A stretch of DNA of 62,930 nt, the filler included, from Hyphochytrium catenoides (Eukaryota; Protista; Hyphochytriomycota), in NCBI GenBank assembly GCA_900088475.1. It is 10 parts of 10 records of this genome, joined end to end, with 100 filler letters (N's around TTAATTAATTAA, not from the genome) between each part and the next. Parts side by side here need not be neighbours in the genome. Positions count along the whole stretch, not along the records: positions 19,260 to 24,625 come from FLMG01001484.1; positions 24,726 to 33,866 come from FLMG01003806.1; 8 more parts are not named here. One strand, given 5' to 3'. Positions 22,201 through 33,820 of the stretch are shown piece by piece; position 1 is the first letter of the stretch, and each line of letters begins with the position of its first letter. A model generated the notes under the pieces. That model made no database searches and was not told where the DNA came from. It was given only the letters and a program-made list of their open reading frames with translations. The position numbers were made by a program, and so were the translations under genes.

Positions 22201-23617
22201 ATCCTTGGTTGTAATTCGAGGAAGTCAGCCGCGGCTGAACGTGCAGTATGCGGTGCGGCTGCTTGCAAATGATATCAACACCAAGCAATTGGACGAGGCC
22301 ATCAGAACACGACTTCATCAAGAGGTTGGGAAATTTGCACCTAATGATCGGGCCATCCTCTACGTTCATTCTGTTGAAGCAACCCAGGACTTGGCAGAGA
22401 GCCTGACTACGGACGGCTTTCAGGCCGGCTATTTTCATGGGGAACTCAGCGCAGGCGAGAAAGAAAGAGCTCTCACTTGTTGGAAAGCAGGATTTACGAC
22501 TATCATGGTTGCAACGAAGGCCTTTGGCATGGGGATTGACTATGGGTCAGTCCGCCTTGTTTTACATCGGGGCCATTCGGACTCGCTCATCGATTATCTG
22601 CAAGAGTCTGGGAGAGCAGGTCGAGACGGCTTCCCTTGCCAAGCAGTCGTAATCACTACGCCCATGATGTTGGAGAACTTTGGGTCAAGAATATGTGGGA
22701 GTAATCCTTCAGACCCGGAAGCCGCAGAGAACTACGAGGCTTTCAGGAAATGGGCTCTTGGTGGAGCCTCCGAGTGTCGACGTGAAGGCCTGGAAAGAGC
22801 ATTAGATAAGAAGGCCCATGATTCAAGTTGTTTGTCCAGCGGCTGCGACGTGGCTGGCTTGTGCGATGTCTGTGAGTTTGTGCTCTCTGACAGCAGTGAC
22901 GCGGTAGTTCCTACTGATGTCCTGTATGATCACATCCAACCACTTTCTAGGCATTATGCGGCAGAATGGCAGAGAAAGGAAGAGATCAGGACATATCAGC
23001 TCTGGAAGGCCATCAACGACTTGAATGAATCCTTATATGCCATGCAGCGGAATCATCCATTGGGACTTCCCGGGTGTGGGTATTGTGCGATAATGAGCGG
23101 TAGCTTTATTACGCACGACGCTAGCCGGAAGGAGTATTGCCCCGTAGTGGACGGACGCTGCTACAAATGCCTTGGCTTGATTCGATCCGGACACAGAGCC
23201 GCAGACTGTCCCTACAAGGCCGCAACTGTAGTCCGTGATCGGAAAGATGGCATTTGCTTCTCCTGCCTACTGCCTGACGTGAGCCGAAGCTATAAGTTTC
23301 ACCCCACAATATCAGAAGTAGAGGATAGTACTTTCGGAACAACAGCATGCTGCAACGCGGCGCTGTGCTCCGATCTTCTTCGAACGGTGGCTTGCCGACT
23401 TTGGTGGGATACGTTGGATGAGAGACATAAAAGGGAAGCATGGCTCAAGGAGTTTGACCCCTGCGGCAAGTATGAGCTCGCCGGGTCAATCGAAGCGTTT
23501 ATGCGCTGGCTTCCTCACTGTGCTGAAGGAGAACTCTCTAACGCTTCGAGAATGTTCCTGTGGTTCATTGACGAGGAAAATAAAAGGCTTTATCCAGGTA
23601 AAACATCTAGATACTGA
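19260..23617 (+). CDS. Tyrosine-recombinase-fold domain + RecQ-family SF2 helicase + Zn knuckles; resembles fungal telomere-linked helicases; intronless, 5' truncated
   Basis: Helicase motifs LPTGIGKT, VVVPLVAL, VVDEAH, LTATLP, FHG, VATKAFGMGID, YLQESGRAGRDG. RecQ Zn motif CRR...C...CDVC. CCHC CYKCLGLIRSGHRAADC. N-terminal HLTSGQPARAGEL, CHKS, KAYRQ, QAAHS...HSYG. The frame is open to the contig edge (KYFGV...). Confidence 0.88.
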
Positions 23618-24136
23618 AGTACAGTAAGAGATCGAAATTAGAGTTCAATCTTATCCATTCAATAAAATAAAGTAGATGGAAGATCAAAGTTCTGTGATTC
23701 CGATTTCAGGCATCAACAATATACCGTAGATCTGAATGTTGGGAACCCTTTTCTTCAGGGGTCTCTAAGGCAAGGAATATTCTTCTTCTTGATTCTTGTC
23801 CTACTTTCTTTCTTATAATTTCTCTAGAAAATTGTTCTTACTTCATGAACATTTTTCTCTTTCCGACTTTACTTCTTCCTTATATATATGAGCGGAGAGA
23901 ATCGTCACCCTACCCGCGTGTCGGGCAGCACTTTGCGTGCCAAAAGCTCTGACGGCAGCTCGTGGCAAGGCGACGCAGGCGCCCTAACTAAAGAACCAGC
24001 AGCAGTGGAGTTGTCTGTCACAGACTTGAGCTTGTTTAGAAATAATGATGGTTTGTTCCAGTCATTCCCCGTTTGTCCTATCTTACGATACAGCACTAAG
24101 AAAACAGTCTCATCCAGGTACTAAGAAAGAAGGGCA

Positions 24137-24582
24137 GGCGAGGAGCCACGGTGGACAGGCGGGCGAGGCGCCACAGTGGACGTGTCAAGAAGACTAGAGA
24201 AGGTGGTAGCGGAGGAGACAAGTGAGCTTGTTATCCGTCCTCTGGTCTTAGACTGAACTTCTCTCAGACCGGTCCGTTGCGGAGTTGGTTCATTGTTCTA
24301 AGATAGAACCAGAGAGAGGCAGAAGAGAAAGGTAGGATATTTGCATATTTGCTCATCAGTCTGACTGGGACTAGTAGACACCAAAGACGAGTGAGCCTGT
24401 CCATCCGCTGGTCTCATACTCAAATAATGAGCTCTTCTCTCAGACCAGTCCATTGTGGAGTTGGTTCATCGTAGGGTAGAACCAGAGAGAGGCAGGAGAA
24501 GGTAGGATACTTACTTCTCAAAGTGGCCTCCTGGACGCTAGAAGAGACCATTTAGTTAGTAGACAGTAGAGACAAGTGAGCC
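24137..24582 (+). repeat. Degenerate ~170-185-bp tandem repeats (about 2.3 units) preceded by a 20-bp direct repeat pair
   Basis: AGAC(A/G)AGTGAGC...CTTCTCTCAGACC...GGAGTTGGTTCAT...TAGAACCAGAGAGAGGCAG...GGTAGGATA at ~24215-24342 and ~24384-24512, with a partial third at 24557-24582. GGCGAGG(A/C)GCCAC(G/A)GTGGAC at 24137-24156 and 24162-24181. Confidence 0.8.
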
Positions 24583-25173
24583 TAACTATATTCCCGCGTT
24601 TACCCAGTACGGAGAAAACGAAGATNNNNNNNNNNNNNNNNNNNNNNNNNNNNNNNNNNNNNNNNNNNNTTAATTAATTAANNNNNNNNNNNNNNNNNNN
24701 NNNNNNNNNNNNNNNNNNNNNNNNNTCTCTCTCTCTCTCTCTCGCTCGCTCTCTCTCTCTTTCTCTTTTGCTCTCTCTCTCTCTCTCTTTCTCTTTTGCT
24801 CTCTCTCTCATCAACCTCTCTTTCCCTTCCCTTCTCTTCCCTTTGTCGACTTTCTGGCACAAATCTGCCCTCTCTCTCTCTCTCTCTCTCTCTTTTGACC
24901 TGCATCTCACGCAATCCTTCCTCCCTTGTACAATAAGCTGGGACCATCTCCAAGAGCCAACCAAATCATCATCTGTCTTACCGCCGCGTGCCGCCGCCTG
25001 CCCACCTTCCGGAAGGTCGTGCGGTTCTTTCTTCTCCTCTCTTTCGCTTGTCACTCTTCTCTCTTCAGACCTCCATTCTCCTCTTTCCTTCCCAGCAACT
25101 TGTTGAACGATTCACAAGGAACTGATAGTGGGCATCGAAAGGAGAGAGAGAGAGAGAGAGAGGGACTGAGATC

Positions 25174-26436
25174 ATGGATCTTTCTGCCGCCCACGCTTCC
25201 TTAAGAAGCGTAATCTCTGAATCTCTGTCTGAAAACTCTGTCTCCGCGACGCTGGCGAAGACTCAGACAGATCCGCAATGGCCAGAGCTTACGCGGACGC
25301 AGTTTGCCGTCATTCTGGGCCTTCCTATTGTGACTCTGGTGCTGATTATCATCATCTTCAAGTACATCTGGATCGTCCCTGATCAGCCCAAAAAAGCGGA
25401 GAAAGCCAAGCCTACGACCTACGGAACGGTGCCGACAGGAGAGACGGCCGAGCCTCTGGAAGGAGAGAGCGAGGGAGACTTTATCCAGCGTCTCTCCCGG
25501 AGAAGCACGGACACGCTCCATCCTGGACAAGTCGCAGGAACGTATGATGAAGACTGGAGAAGCACGTTTGACTTTGTCTTTCTCTGGGGCTGGATCATCT
25601 CTCTCGTTGTTCTTCTCATTCTCACCTACTTTTTGAAGACGGAGCTTCTTCATGACAGGAACTTCTGGCTGCTGCAGCTGCCAAAGTTCGCGGCAATGAC
25701 GATTGTCTCTCTCCTGGGCGGCCTGGTCTGCCGTCATTATTGCACCGTGGACGAGAAAGGCTATATCATCACCACGGTGAACTCTGCTTTCAAGGTTAAC
25801 TATACGAGGAAGCTCCAGCACTTTGCCGCGTATATGATCCCGCTTGTCTTCCATTCTGGCGCGCACAAGGGCGTTCTTGAGCTTGCCTGGGGAGATATGT
25901 TCACGCTTCTTGCCTTTCTAGTGCTTATCAAGCCCATCAGAGAGAGATCCACCTTCTTTATGCTGCAGTTCAACTCTCTTGACCGTCCAGAAGACCGTCC
26001 CAACACGCTGAAGTGGATCATCGCGGGGAACATTCTTCCTGGTCTCATCCTCACTCTCTTCTTCAGAAATCTCTTTGACTCTACAGGCCAAGGCGCGCTT
26101 GTCTTCATTATCATCTACATCACGGGCATTGGAGACGGCTTTGCAGAGCCTGTAGGCATTGTCTTTGGACGGCACAAGTACAAGGTGGCAGGCTGGTTCT
26201 CTCCTCTCAAATACACGCGCTCTTGGGAAGGAAGCATGTGTGTCTTTCTCTCAGGAATGATCTTTCCTGCGCTGCAGTACGCCTCTTTCAATAGCTTCCA
26301 TCAGTGTCTGGCGGCGATGCTCATTCTCCCGCCCACGATGGCCTATGCAGAGGCTACGGCGCCTCATACCATGGACACGCCGATGCTGATGGGCCTCTCA
26401 GGACTCATTCTTTATGGGATCATTGAGCTTCTTTAA
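25174..26436 (+). CDS. Polytopic membrane protein of the CTP-dependent dolichol/phytol/diacylglycerol kinase (cytidylyltransferase-like) superfamily; single exon
   Basis: 420-aa ORF with many TM segments; NYTRKLQHF, DRPEDRP, GIGDGFAEPVG..FGRHKY, RSWEGS..VF, AEA..PHT.D motifs. Confidence 0.8.
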   Translation: MDLSAAHASLRSVISESLSENSVSATLAKTQTDPQWPELTRTQFAVILGLPIVTLVLIIIIFKYIWIVPDQPKKAEKAKPTTYGTVPTGETAEPLEGESEGDFIQRLSRRSTDTLHPGQVAGTYDEDWRSTFDFVFLWGWIISLVVLLILTYFLKTELLHDRNFWLLQLPKFAAMTIVSLLGGLVCRHYCTVDEKGYIITTVNSAFKVNYTRKLQHFAAYMIPLVFHSGAHKGVLELAWGDMFTLLAFLVLIKPIRERSTFFMLQFNSLDRPEDRPNTLKWIIAGNILPGLILTLFFRNLFDSTGQGALVFIIIYITGIGDGFAEPVGIVFGRHKYKVAGWFSPLKYTRSWEGSMCVFLSGMIFPALQYASFNSFHQCLAAMLILPPTMAYAEATAPHTMDTPMLMGLSGLILYGIIELL

Positions 26437-27247
26437 TAGTCTCATCTAGAGAGAGAGAAAGAGAGTGAGAGAGAAGACGGTACATAGCTCGTGGCATGAG
26501 TTTATTTTAGAGAGATTCTTCGGGGGCGTAGAGTATAAGTCATTTAAGGCTTCTCTCTAATGCACTAAGAAAAGGAAATAACAGAGGACAAAGTAACCTA
26601 GTATCTCTCTCTCTCTCCAGTTCCAACCTTTGCCTGCTACGCGGTGTCTCTCTTTCTCTTTGTATGCCCTTCGCGCCGCCTGCGTCTCCTTGTGTATATT
26701 AAGGGCTTGCCTACCTCAAGCGCGAGGAAGAGAGAGAGAGATCAACACCTTCTTTCCCCCTACTCCATCATGGGAAGATAGAAGCCAGAAAAAGACATGC
26801 GAGAGTCAGAGAAGGAGAGATAGAAAGAAATGGAAGACACAAGGAGGGGAGACAGACTACGAGAGAGACGGGTTCGAAGAGAGAGAGAGTGTCAGAGACA
26901 ACAACGCTACGCCTCCTTGGGACTAGGCAGACGAGAGAGAGAGCGCTTTCCTCCGTGAAGTTGATAACCAAATAATGAATGTCCTCTGAGAACGGCGGAC
27001 AGGCGGTGTCGCCACTGAGAGAGAGACACAAGGGAAGGCATGATTAAAAGAAGAGACAGAAGAATATACGCAGGAGAAAATGCAAGAGAGAAAAGTCTAC
27101 TCTCGTTCTCTCTCTCTCCCTCTTTCTCGCCCCTTCCTCGTCTGTTCACGTCTCTCTGTCTGGCTGGTGGACAGGCGCCAAATCACAGTCGCTTTCTCTC
27201 TTTCTTCGTTGGCCTTCCCGTGCTTTCCTCATTTTTCCTTTTAGAAC

Positions 27248-28123
27248 TTAGTAAAGATTCTTGCTTCTCCAGTCGAGAGGGTCCACCTCTCTCTCTTCTT
27301 TTCTACTCTCAGCTGTTCTTCTCTTCTTTCTTCTTCTCTCTTCTCTCAGCAGCTCTGCCACACTTAGGGCTGCAGAGTCCTCTGGCTGGTCTACAAGAGA
27401 GGAAGAGACTAGAGTCGCTTCAAGCGCAATATCAGCTTCTCTCTTTTCTTCTGCGTCTCTCTCTCTCTTCTTCCTCTCCTCTTCCTCCTCAAGTCTTTCT
27501 TCTTCCTTTTTCTTCTTGGTCTTCTTCTCGATCGCTGCTGTTTCTTCTAGGACGCGTCTGAATCGCTGCAAATAAGCTCTGAAGAAGATGTGGCGACGTA
27601 AAGAAGAAAGAAAGAGAGAGAGAGAGAGGCAAAAAGCGGGAGAGAACAGATTCAGTTTCCTTATCGAGTATCTGGTCATCCTCGCAATGGTGGCTTTTTT
27701 TCTCTCTTACTTCTCTCTCTCTCTTTCTCTCCCTCTCAGCGGCCTTTGTCCAGGAGCGATCACTTTCTTCTCTCTCCACTCTGTCTTTTCTCTCTCTCTC
27801 TTTGCTAGTTCTAATACTCACATCTATCAAACCCCTTCCCCATTTTCCCTCTCTTTCCCTCTCTCCCTTCCCCTGTCTCTCTCTCTCGTTTCTCTCTGTG
27901 TCTCTCTCTCTCTCTCTCCCCGTCTCTTTCTCTGTTTGTCTCTCTCCTTTCCCTCCTTTCAGGACTTACATGTGTTCTACCTCGCCTCGGCCAATATCTT
28001 CTTCATCCTCTCTCTCCTCCTCCACATCGATCTCCTCCTCTTCTTCCTCCTTCGCTTTGGACTCTAACGTGTTGATTTCACTGAAAAACTGCTGAAAGGG
28101 ATCCTCGGTTGTGACACTGCATG

Positions 28124-28156
<33 letters not shown>

Positions 28157-29810
28157 CGGTGGGGAAGGGAAAGAGAGAGAAATGAGGGAGTGAGGAAAGA
28201 GAGAGCAGAGAGGCGACGCCCTATATATAGAAGAAGCCTAGGAACTATGGCGAAGGACACATACAAATTCCATTGAAAGAACAGAAAAAAAAGACGGAAA
28301 AGAGGTAGAGAGAGAGAGAGAGCTAGAAGAGAGAGAGAAAGAGGAGGGAGAGATGGTTTGGAATGGGGCTAGGAAGTTCACAGCAAGAAAGGCAGAAGGA
28401 GAGAAGCGGGCAAAGAACAGAGCCAAAATAAGAGTAAGAGAGAGACAGAGAGAGAAATACAGAGAGAGAGAGAAGAGAGAGGAAGAAAGATGAGAGAAGG
28501 TAGCTGTTGACCCCTCACCTGGTCTTGCTCCCCAGGTTAGTTTGAGAAGCCTTGGCAGCTGCGGCCGGAGCTTGGATCCCTCCGTTCCTTCCTTTGGACG
28601 CAGCTAAAGAGGAGCATGAAGGAGAGAGAGATATGGGGAGAGAGAGGAAGAGAGAGAGGAAGAGAGAGAGTACCATACCGAGAGAGCAGGAAAGGCGGAG
28701 CCCGAGCAATTATAGAAAGAGAGAGGGGGGAAGAGGAAGAGAAGGCCAGTAGCAAAGTCCTAGTGAGACAATATAAGGAACGACATATGCGAAGGAAGTG
28801 CGAAAGAGAGAGAAAGAAAGAGACAGACAGAGAAGAGGGTCAAGTCCAGAGGGCGAAAGAATTGATCCAAAGTCGGGCAAACTGAGAAACGCAGAGGAGG
28901 AGATAGTCAGGGACCCGGTGGCAACATCAAGAGAGAGAGAGAGAAGAGAGAAAAGAGCGAAGAAACACTGGAAAGCGAGAAGAGAGAGGAGAAAAGACTG
29001 ATGAAGAGACCTGTGGAGGCAGAGCCATTGTCCGCTTTCTTCTCAGACGCTTTAGGCGCCGCTCCAGCATCGAAGAAGTCCGCCGGGAGAGAGGTAGTAC
29101 TGGAGCGAGAGAGATGTTGAAAGAGAGAGAACTGTCACTTTACCGTTGAGAAGAGAGAAAAAAGAAAGTCAGAAGAGAGAAGAGAGAGGTGTAGAGAGAG
29201 AAAGAGGTAGACAGAGAGAGAGGTAGACAGAGAGAGAGAGAGACAGAAAGAGTAGAGAGCGAGAGAGAGAATGAGTTAAACAAATGCATAGAACGCAAAG
29301 AAGAGAGACAGGAAATAGAAATAGATGGCCAAGAGAGAGAAGAGCCTCCACTCAGAGGCAGGTGCGAGAACACTTAGAAAGGAGAAAGAGACAGGACAAG
29401 AGAGAGAAGAGGGGAAAAGAAGAGAGAGAGAGACAAAAGAAGAGAGAAAGGAAGGGAGAGTAACAAGAGAGACATATTCCCTTCTCCTGAGAGTCTCTCT
29501 CCCTATCACTACGCCCGTACCATTCTTCTCTCTAGACTTCTCGCCCACACTTACCCTAAGCTCAAGAGCAGCTCTTCCTTGCTTTCTTCGTCTCTCTCTT
29601 TCTCTCTCTTCACTGTTGCCGCAGAAGAAGGAGGAGAGGCTCTAACAGCGGCGACGGAAGGGACGAGAGGCTTGCTCTGTTTCTTTGAAGAAGAGAGAGA
29701 AGAGTGGCTGCTCTGTCTTCCCAGAGGCTGCTGTTTGACTATATTTCTATGGGCGGAAGGCGCAGGCGCAGGAGATGGACGGCCTTTCTCTCTCTCCGCC
29801 TTCAGTTGCC
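27248..29810 (-). CDS. ZNF830/CCDC16-like coiled-coil nuclear protein, multi-exon; 5' end lies at an N gap
   Basis: Exon peptides RQLKAERE..., SLPADFFD, DPFQQFFSEINTLE-acidic run-EVEHM, AYLQRF...coiled coil...DPLDWRSKNLY*. The order LPxxFFD / FxxEI / DWRxK is typical of ZNF830 homologues. Confidence 0.55.
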
Positions 29811-29875
29811 NNNNNNNNNNNNNNNNNNNNNNNNNNNNNNNNNNNNNNNNNNNNNNNNNCTCTCTCTCTCTCTCG

Positions 29876-29906
<31 letters not shown>

Positions 29907-30413
29907 CTTTTGCCCTTTTGTCCTGTTATATGGCCCTTTCCCTATCACTTCTTCCCTCCCTTTCGTATTCTCACTACGTTGGTTGCTTTGCTGATCCCTA
30001 GTAAGAGCTAGAGCAAGACCTTTGCCCCCATCTTCACTATGTGTGCCCTCTCTTTCTCTCTCTGTCTCTCTCTGTGTGTCTCTTTCTCTTCGTGTCTCTT
30101 TCTTTGTCTCCGTCTGGCAGCGTAGCGGCTTCTGTGTGAGCTCTCTCTATTTCAACGCTGCCGCACTTGTCAGCAACGGGACACTGAAAGAAGGGGAAAC
30201 TAGGGTTNNNNNNNNNNNNNNNNNNNNNNNNNNNNNNNNNAGAGAGAGAAAGAGAGAAAGAGAGAGAGAGAGAGAGGTTTCCTCCTGCGCAAGGTTTACT
30301 GATGAACAATTATCTGTGGTTGATCAATGCAGATATCCCCCTGGAGTAGAGGCAAGGCCCAGCTTAGCTTGTGATGAGAAGGGTAAAATTTCTCAACTCT
30401 CTCTCTCTCTCTG

Positions 30414-30448
<35 letters not shown>

Positions 30449-31201
30449 CCTTCTCTCCTCTCAGTTCAGTCATGTCTAAGGCAAACTCCCTCTCTCTTTC
30501 TCTAACCTCATATCTCTTCTTCTGGTATGAGGCCATCATTAGGCAGTACTCTGTATCTCTGAACTCTCTCCGCCTTCTGGCGGGAGAGCCTCGTTTCCTT
30601 TCTTCCTGCAGCTTGTCTCTCTCTCTCTATTTGGCCCTTAAACCTTTTACTGCGAGTGCGCTGCCATTTTCCCTTGTCTTCCCCACTTCTCTACTCTTTC
30701 ATCCTCCTCTTTTTCTCTTCTCTCCTCGCTGTTTCTCCATCCTCAGTGTACGCTAATCCTTCTCTCTCTCTCGCTCATGGGGCAAGAGGAGAAAGCCGAC
30801 TTTCTTTCTCTTTGGGTGTGTCTCTCTCTGCGGGATGGTTTCTCTTGGGATTCTTCTCTCACTGCTTTGAATAGCCTTTTGGTGTTTCAACTTTTCACCT
30901 TTTCTCTTACTCGCTTTCTCTCTCTCTCTCTCTCTCCCTCTCTGTGTCTCTATCCCTTTTTACTTCCACCTCCTTAGACATGTAGATTTTCATTAGTTCC
31001 TGGTGCGGCGAATGATGCCGAGCCTCTCTCTTTCTCTCTCTCTCTCTCTGTGTGTCTCTCTCCCCTAGATTTTTCTCGTTTACTCCTCGCTATCCTCTCT
31101 TTTCTGTTTCCCGGTCCTCTGCGTAGCTCTTCTTCTCTCATGCCGCTATCTCCATGATTATAATAACAGCTAGCCTAATAAATAAATCTGTCCTTTCGCT
31201 C

Positions 31202-31246
<45 letters not shown>

Positions 31247-32194
31247 CTCTGGGTGTGTACGTTCTCTCATTCCCCTTCTTCCCCTTCTTGTTCCGCTTCT
31301 TCCTCCTCGTTATTCTCGTCCTCAAAAAGTGGCTGAGGAGGGACGAAAGGAGAGAGGACGACGAGTCTCTCTCCTTCTCTCTCTCGAACTCCCTCTTCTG
31401 TCTCTTTCTCTCTCGCTATGACAATATAGTCGAGAGAGGGATGACAAGCCAGAACGTGAGTTCGCCCTACATTTAGACGGAGACGCCGTCCATGGCGAAC
31501 GGAGAGACGGGAGGAAGAGAGAGAAGAGAAAGTCTGGTTTCTCTCTCTTCCTCCTCCTCGCAGGCCGTTGATAGATGGAACCTTGAATTAGCGCATTGGA
31601 AGAGCGAGAGTTAGGACATGAGAGAAATAGCGAGGGAGAGATCAAAAACCCAAAGAGAGAAAGACGAGAGAAAGAGCCAGAGAGAGAAAGAGAAAGAGAG
31701 AGACGGACAGACAAGCAGACAGGGAAGAAGAGAGCAAGAACTACTTTAGCTCAACCAGCTACGTACACAGCAAGAATGGAAGTGGCTTGATAGAAACTGG
31801 TAAGGAGGGACAAGAAAAAAAAAAAAAGAAGAGAGAGAGAGAGAGAGAGATGAAAGGAAAGAGAAAGAGACCAAAAAGAAATAGAAGAATGGGAGCTAAT
31901 TCCTTACCTTCTGCAAGGTAGTACCATCCGCCACATAGTGAAAATCTCCGAGGGACAAGGAAGAGAGAGAAGATGATGCAGTCTCTCTCTTCTCTCTCTC
32001 CTTTTTCTCTCTCTCCGCTGCTTCTCTCTCTGCAGCAGAGAGAGCTCTGGCACGGATCCACTGCCCGTCAACAGAGGAAACAAGAAAGGCTCTCCCTTGA
32101 AATTGTAACGGAGTTTGGGGCTCTAACTCCGAGAGAGAGCCAAACCTAAGGGAACATATCAAAGCAAAGGGAGAAAACAATGGAGAGAGAGGAT

Positions 32195-32229
<35 letters not shown>

Positions 32230-32389
32230 GAGTCAAGGAGAGATATGGCAGGGGAGGAGACGTAGAGCAAAAATGGGGAGGTTCACTTGTCATGGAAGAA
32301 GAAGAAGAGAGAGAGAGAAACGCTCAGACAAGGAAGGGAAGAGCAGCGTCCCTAAGGAGAGATCTGTAGCATGAAAAAGAGAGAGAAAG

Positions 32390-33340
32390 AGCCCTGCAGC
32401 TGACGGTAGGCCTGTGGGTCTCTTCTCGGATGTATGTCGTTCCACCTATCTCTTCGAAAGCTTCTCTCTCACACACTCTCCCTTTCTCTCTCTGTTCTAC
32501 TCTCTCTCCCTCTCTCTTTCCTCTGCCTCTCTAAGGCCGCGTCAAGGGCCGCCACTCTGGGTCTCTCATTCCTCTCTTTGCTCTTTTTTTTCTCTTCCTC
32601 TCTTCTTCCTCTTTTATAACTTTCTCTTCCTCGCTTAAAGAAAACTGTCTCTTTCTTCACCTTTCCCTCTCTCTCTCTCTGTCTCTCTCTCTCTCTTTCT
32701 CTCTTGCTTTCTTTCTCTCGTTCTCCCTGTCCCATCCTCTCTCCCTTCTCTCTGTTCTGCCCTACCCTGCTTCAGCTCCAATTAGCAGCTCCTCGTCTCC
32801 CATCAGCCCTTCCGCACGCCGCACAACTCCGGAGAGAGAGAAAGAGGAGCCGCCCCAGCTCTTCTGCAGCTTGAGAACCGAAGAGAGAGGGCGAAAGGGA
32901 GAGAGAGAGTCCCAAGAGAAGTCTGCCAGAGGAAGTAAGTCACCTGATTGCAGACTAAACAAGGAGAGAACGAGAGAGAAAAAAGAGCAAGAGAGACAGT
33001 AAAAGAAAGATACCGACAAAGAAAGAATGAAAGAAAGGGAGAGACAGAAGAAGGTGCGGGGGAGTGGATAAGAGCGAGAAAGGAAGAAAGAACAAAATGA
33101 AGAAACCAGAGAGTGGATAAGAGAGCGAAAGAAAGAAAGGGAAAAAAGAGGCAGGTGCGAGAGAGTGGATCAGAGAGCGAAAGGAAGAAAGAAGCAAAGA
33201 GAGAGAGAGAAAGAGAAATCCAACCTGTGATAGCAATGCCTTGATCATGGTTTGCAGTGCAGAAGCAATTTAGACTCGGAAGATAGCTTCCCAAGCTTTT
33301 TCTCCAGGAGCCAGTACAGGCAGCAGAGAGGTCTAACAGG
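32390..33340 (-). CDS. Probable small exons of an unidentified gene in microsatellite-rich introns
   Basis: Non-repetitive islands with AG/GT borders, e.g. DLSAACTGSWRKSLG...HDQGIAIT and GDLLPLADFSWDSL...LLIGAEA. No family recognised. Confidence 0.3.
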
Positions 33341-33363
33341 TGATAGAAGAGATGAAAGGAAGA

Positions 33364-33416
<53 letters not shown>

Positions 33417-33782
33417 AGGGCGCGGGGCCGAGTGGTGAGATGGAGGAGACAGAAGAAGGAAGAGAAAGGGAGGAGAACAGAGAGGAGAGAGAAAGAAAGG
33501 AAGTGGAGACAAACGGCGGTGAAAGAGAGCGAGTGAAAAGAAAAGAATGAGAGAATGGGTAGACCATGCAGAAAAGAGCAGAGGAAGTGACAAAAGAAGA
33601 GTGGGAGGAGAGAAGGAGAGGAAACAAACCGGAAGATAAGCAATGGAGAGAGAAAGAGGGAGGGACAACAAGGAAAGAGAGAGATATGACGGTTAAAAGA
33701 AAGAGCAAAGATTCAAGACGATAGATGAGTAACGTAAGGGAAAGATGACGGGGCAGGAGACAGAGAGAGGGAGAGAGAGAGG

Positions 33783-33820
<38 letters not shown>

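Noticed and set aside
24137-24582. Repeat-spacer pattern as a CRISPR-like array
   Set aside because: Units are long, degenerate and few, with no unique spacers of constant length; the context is eukaryotic and no cas genes are present.
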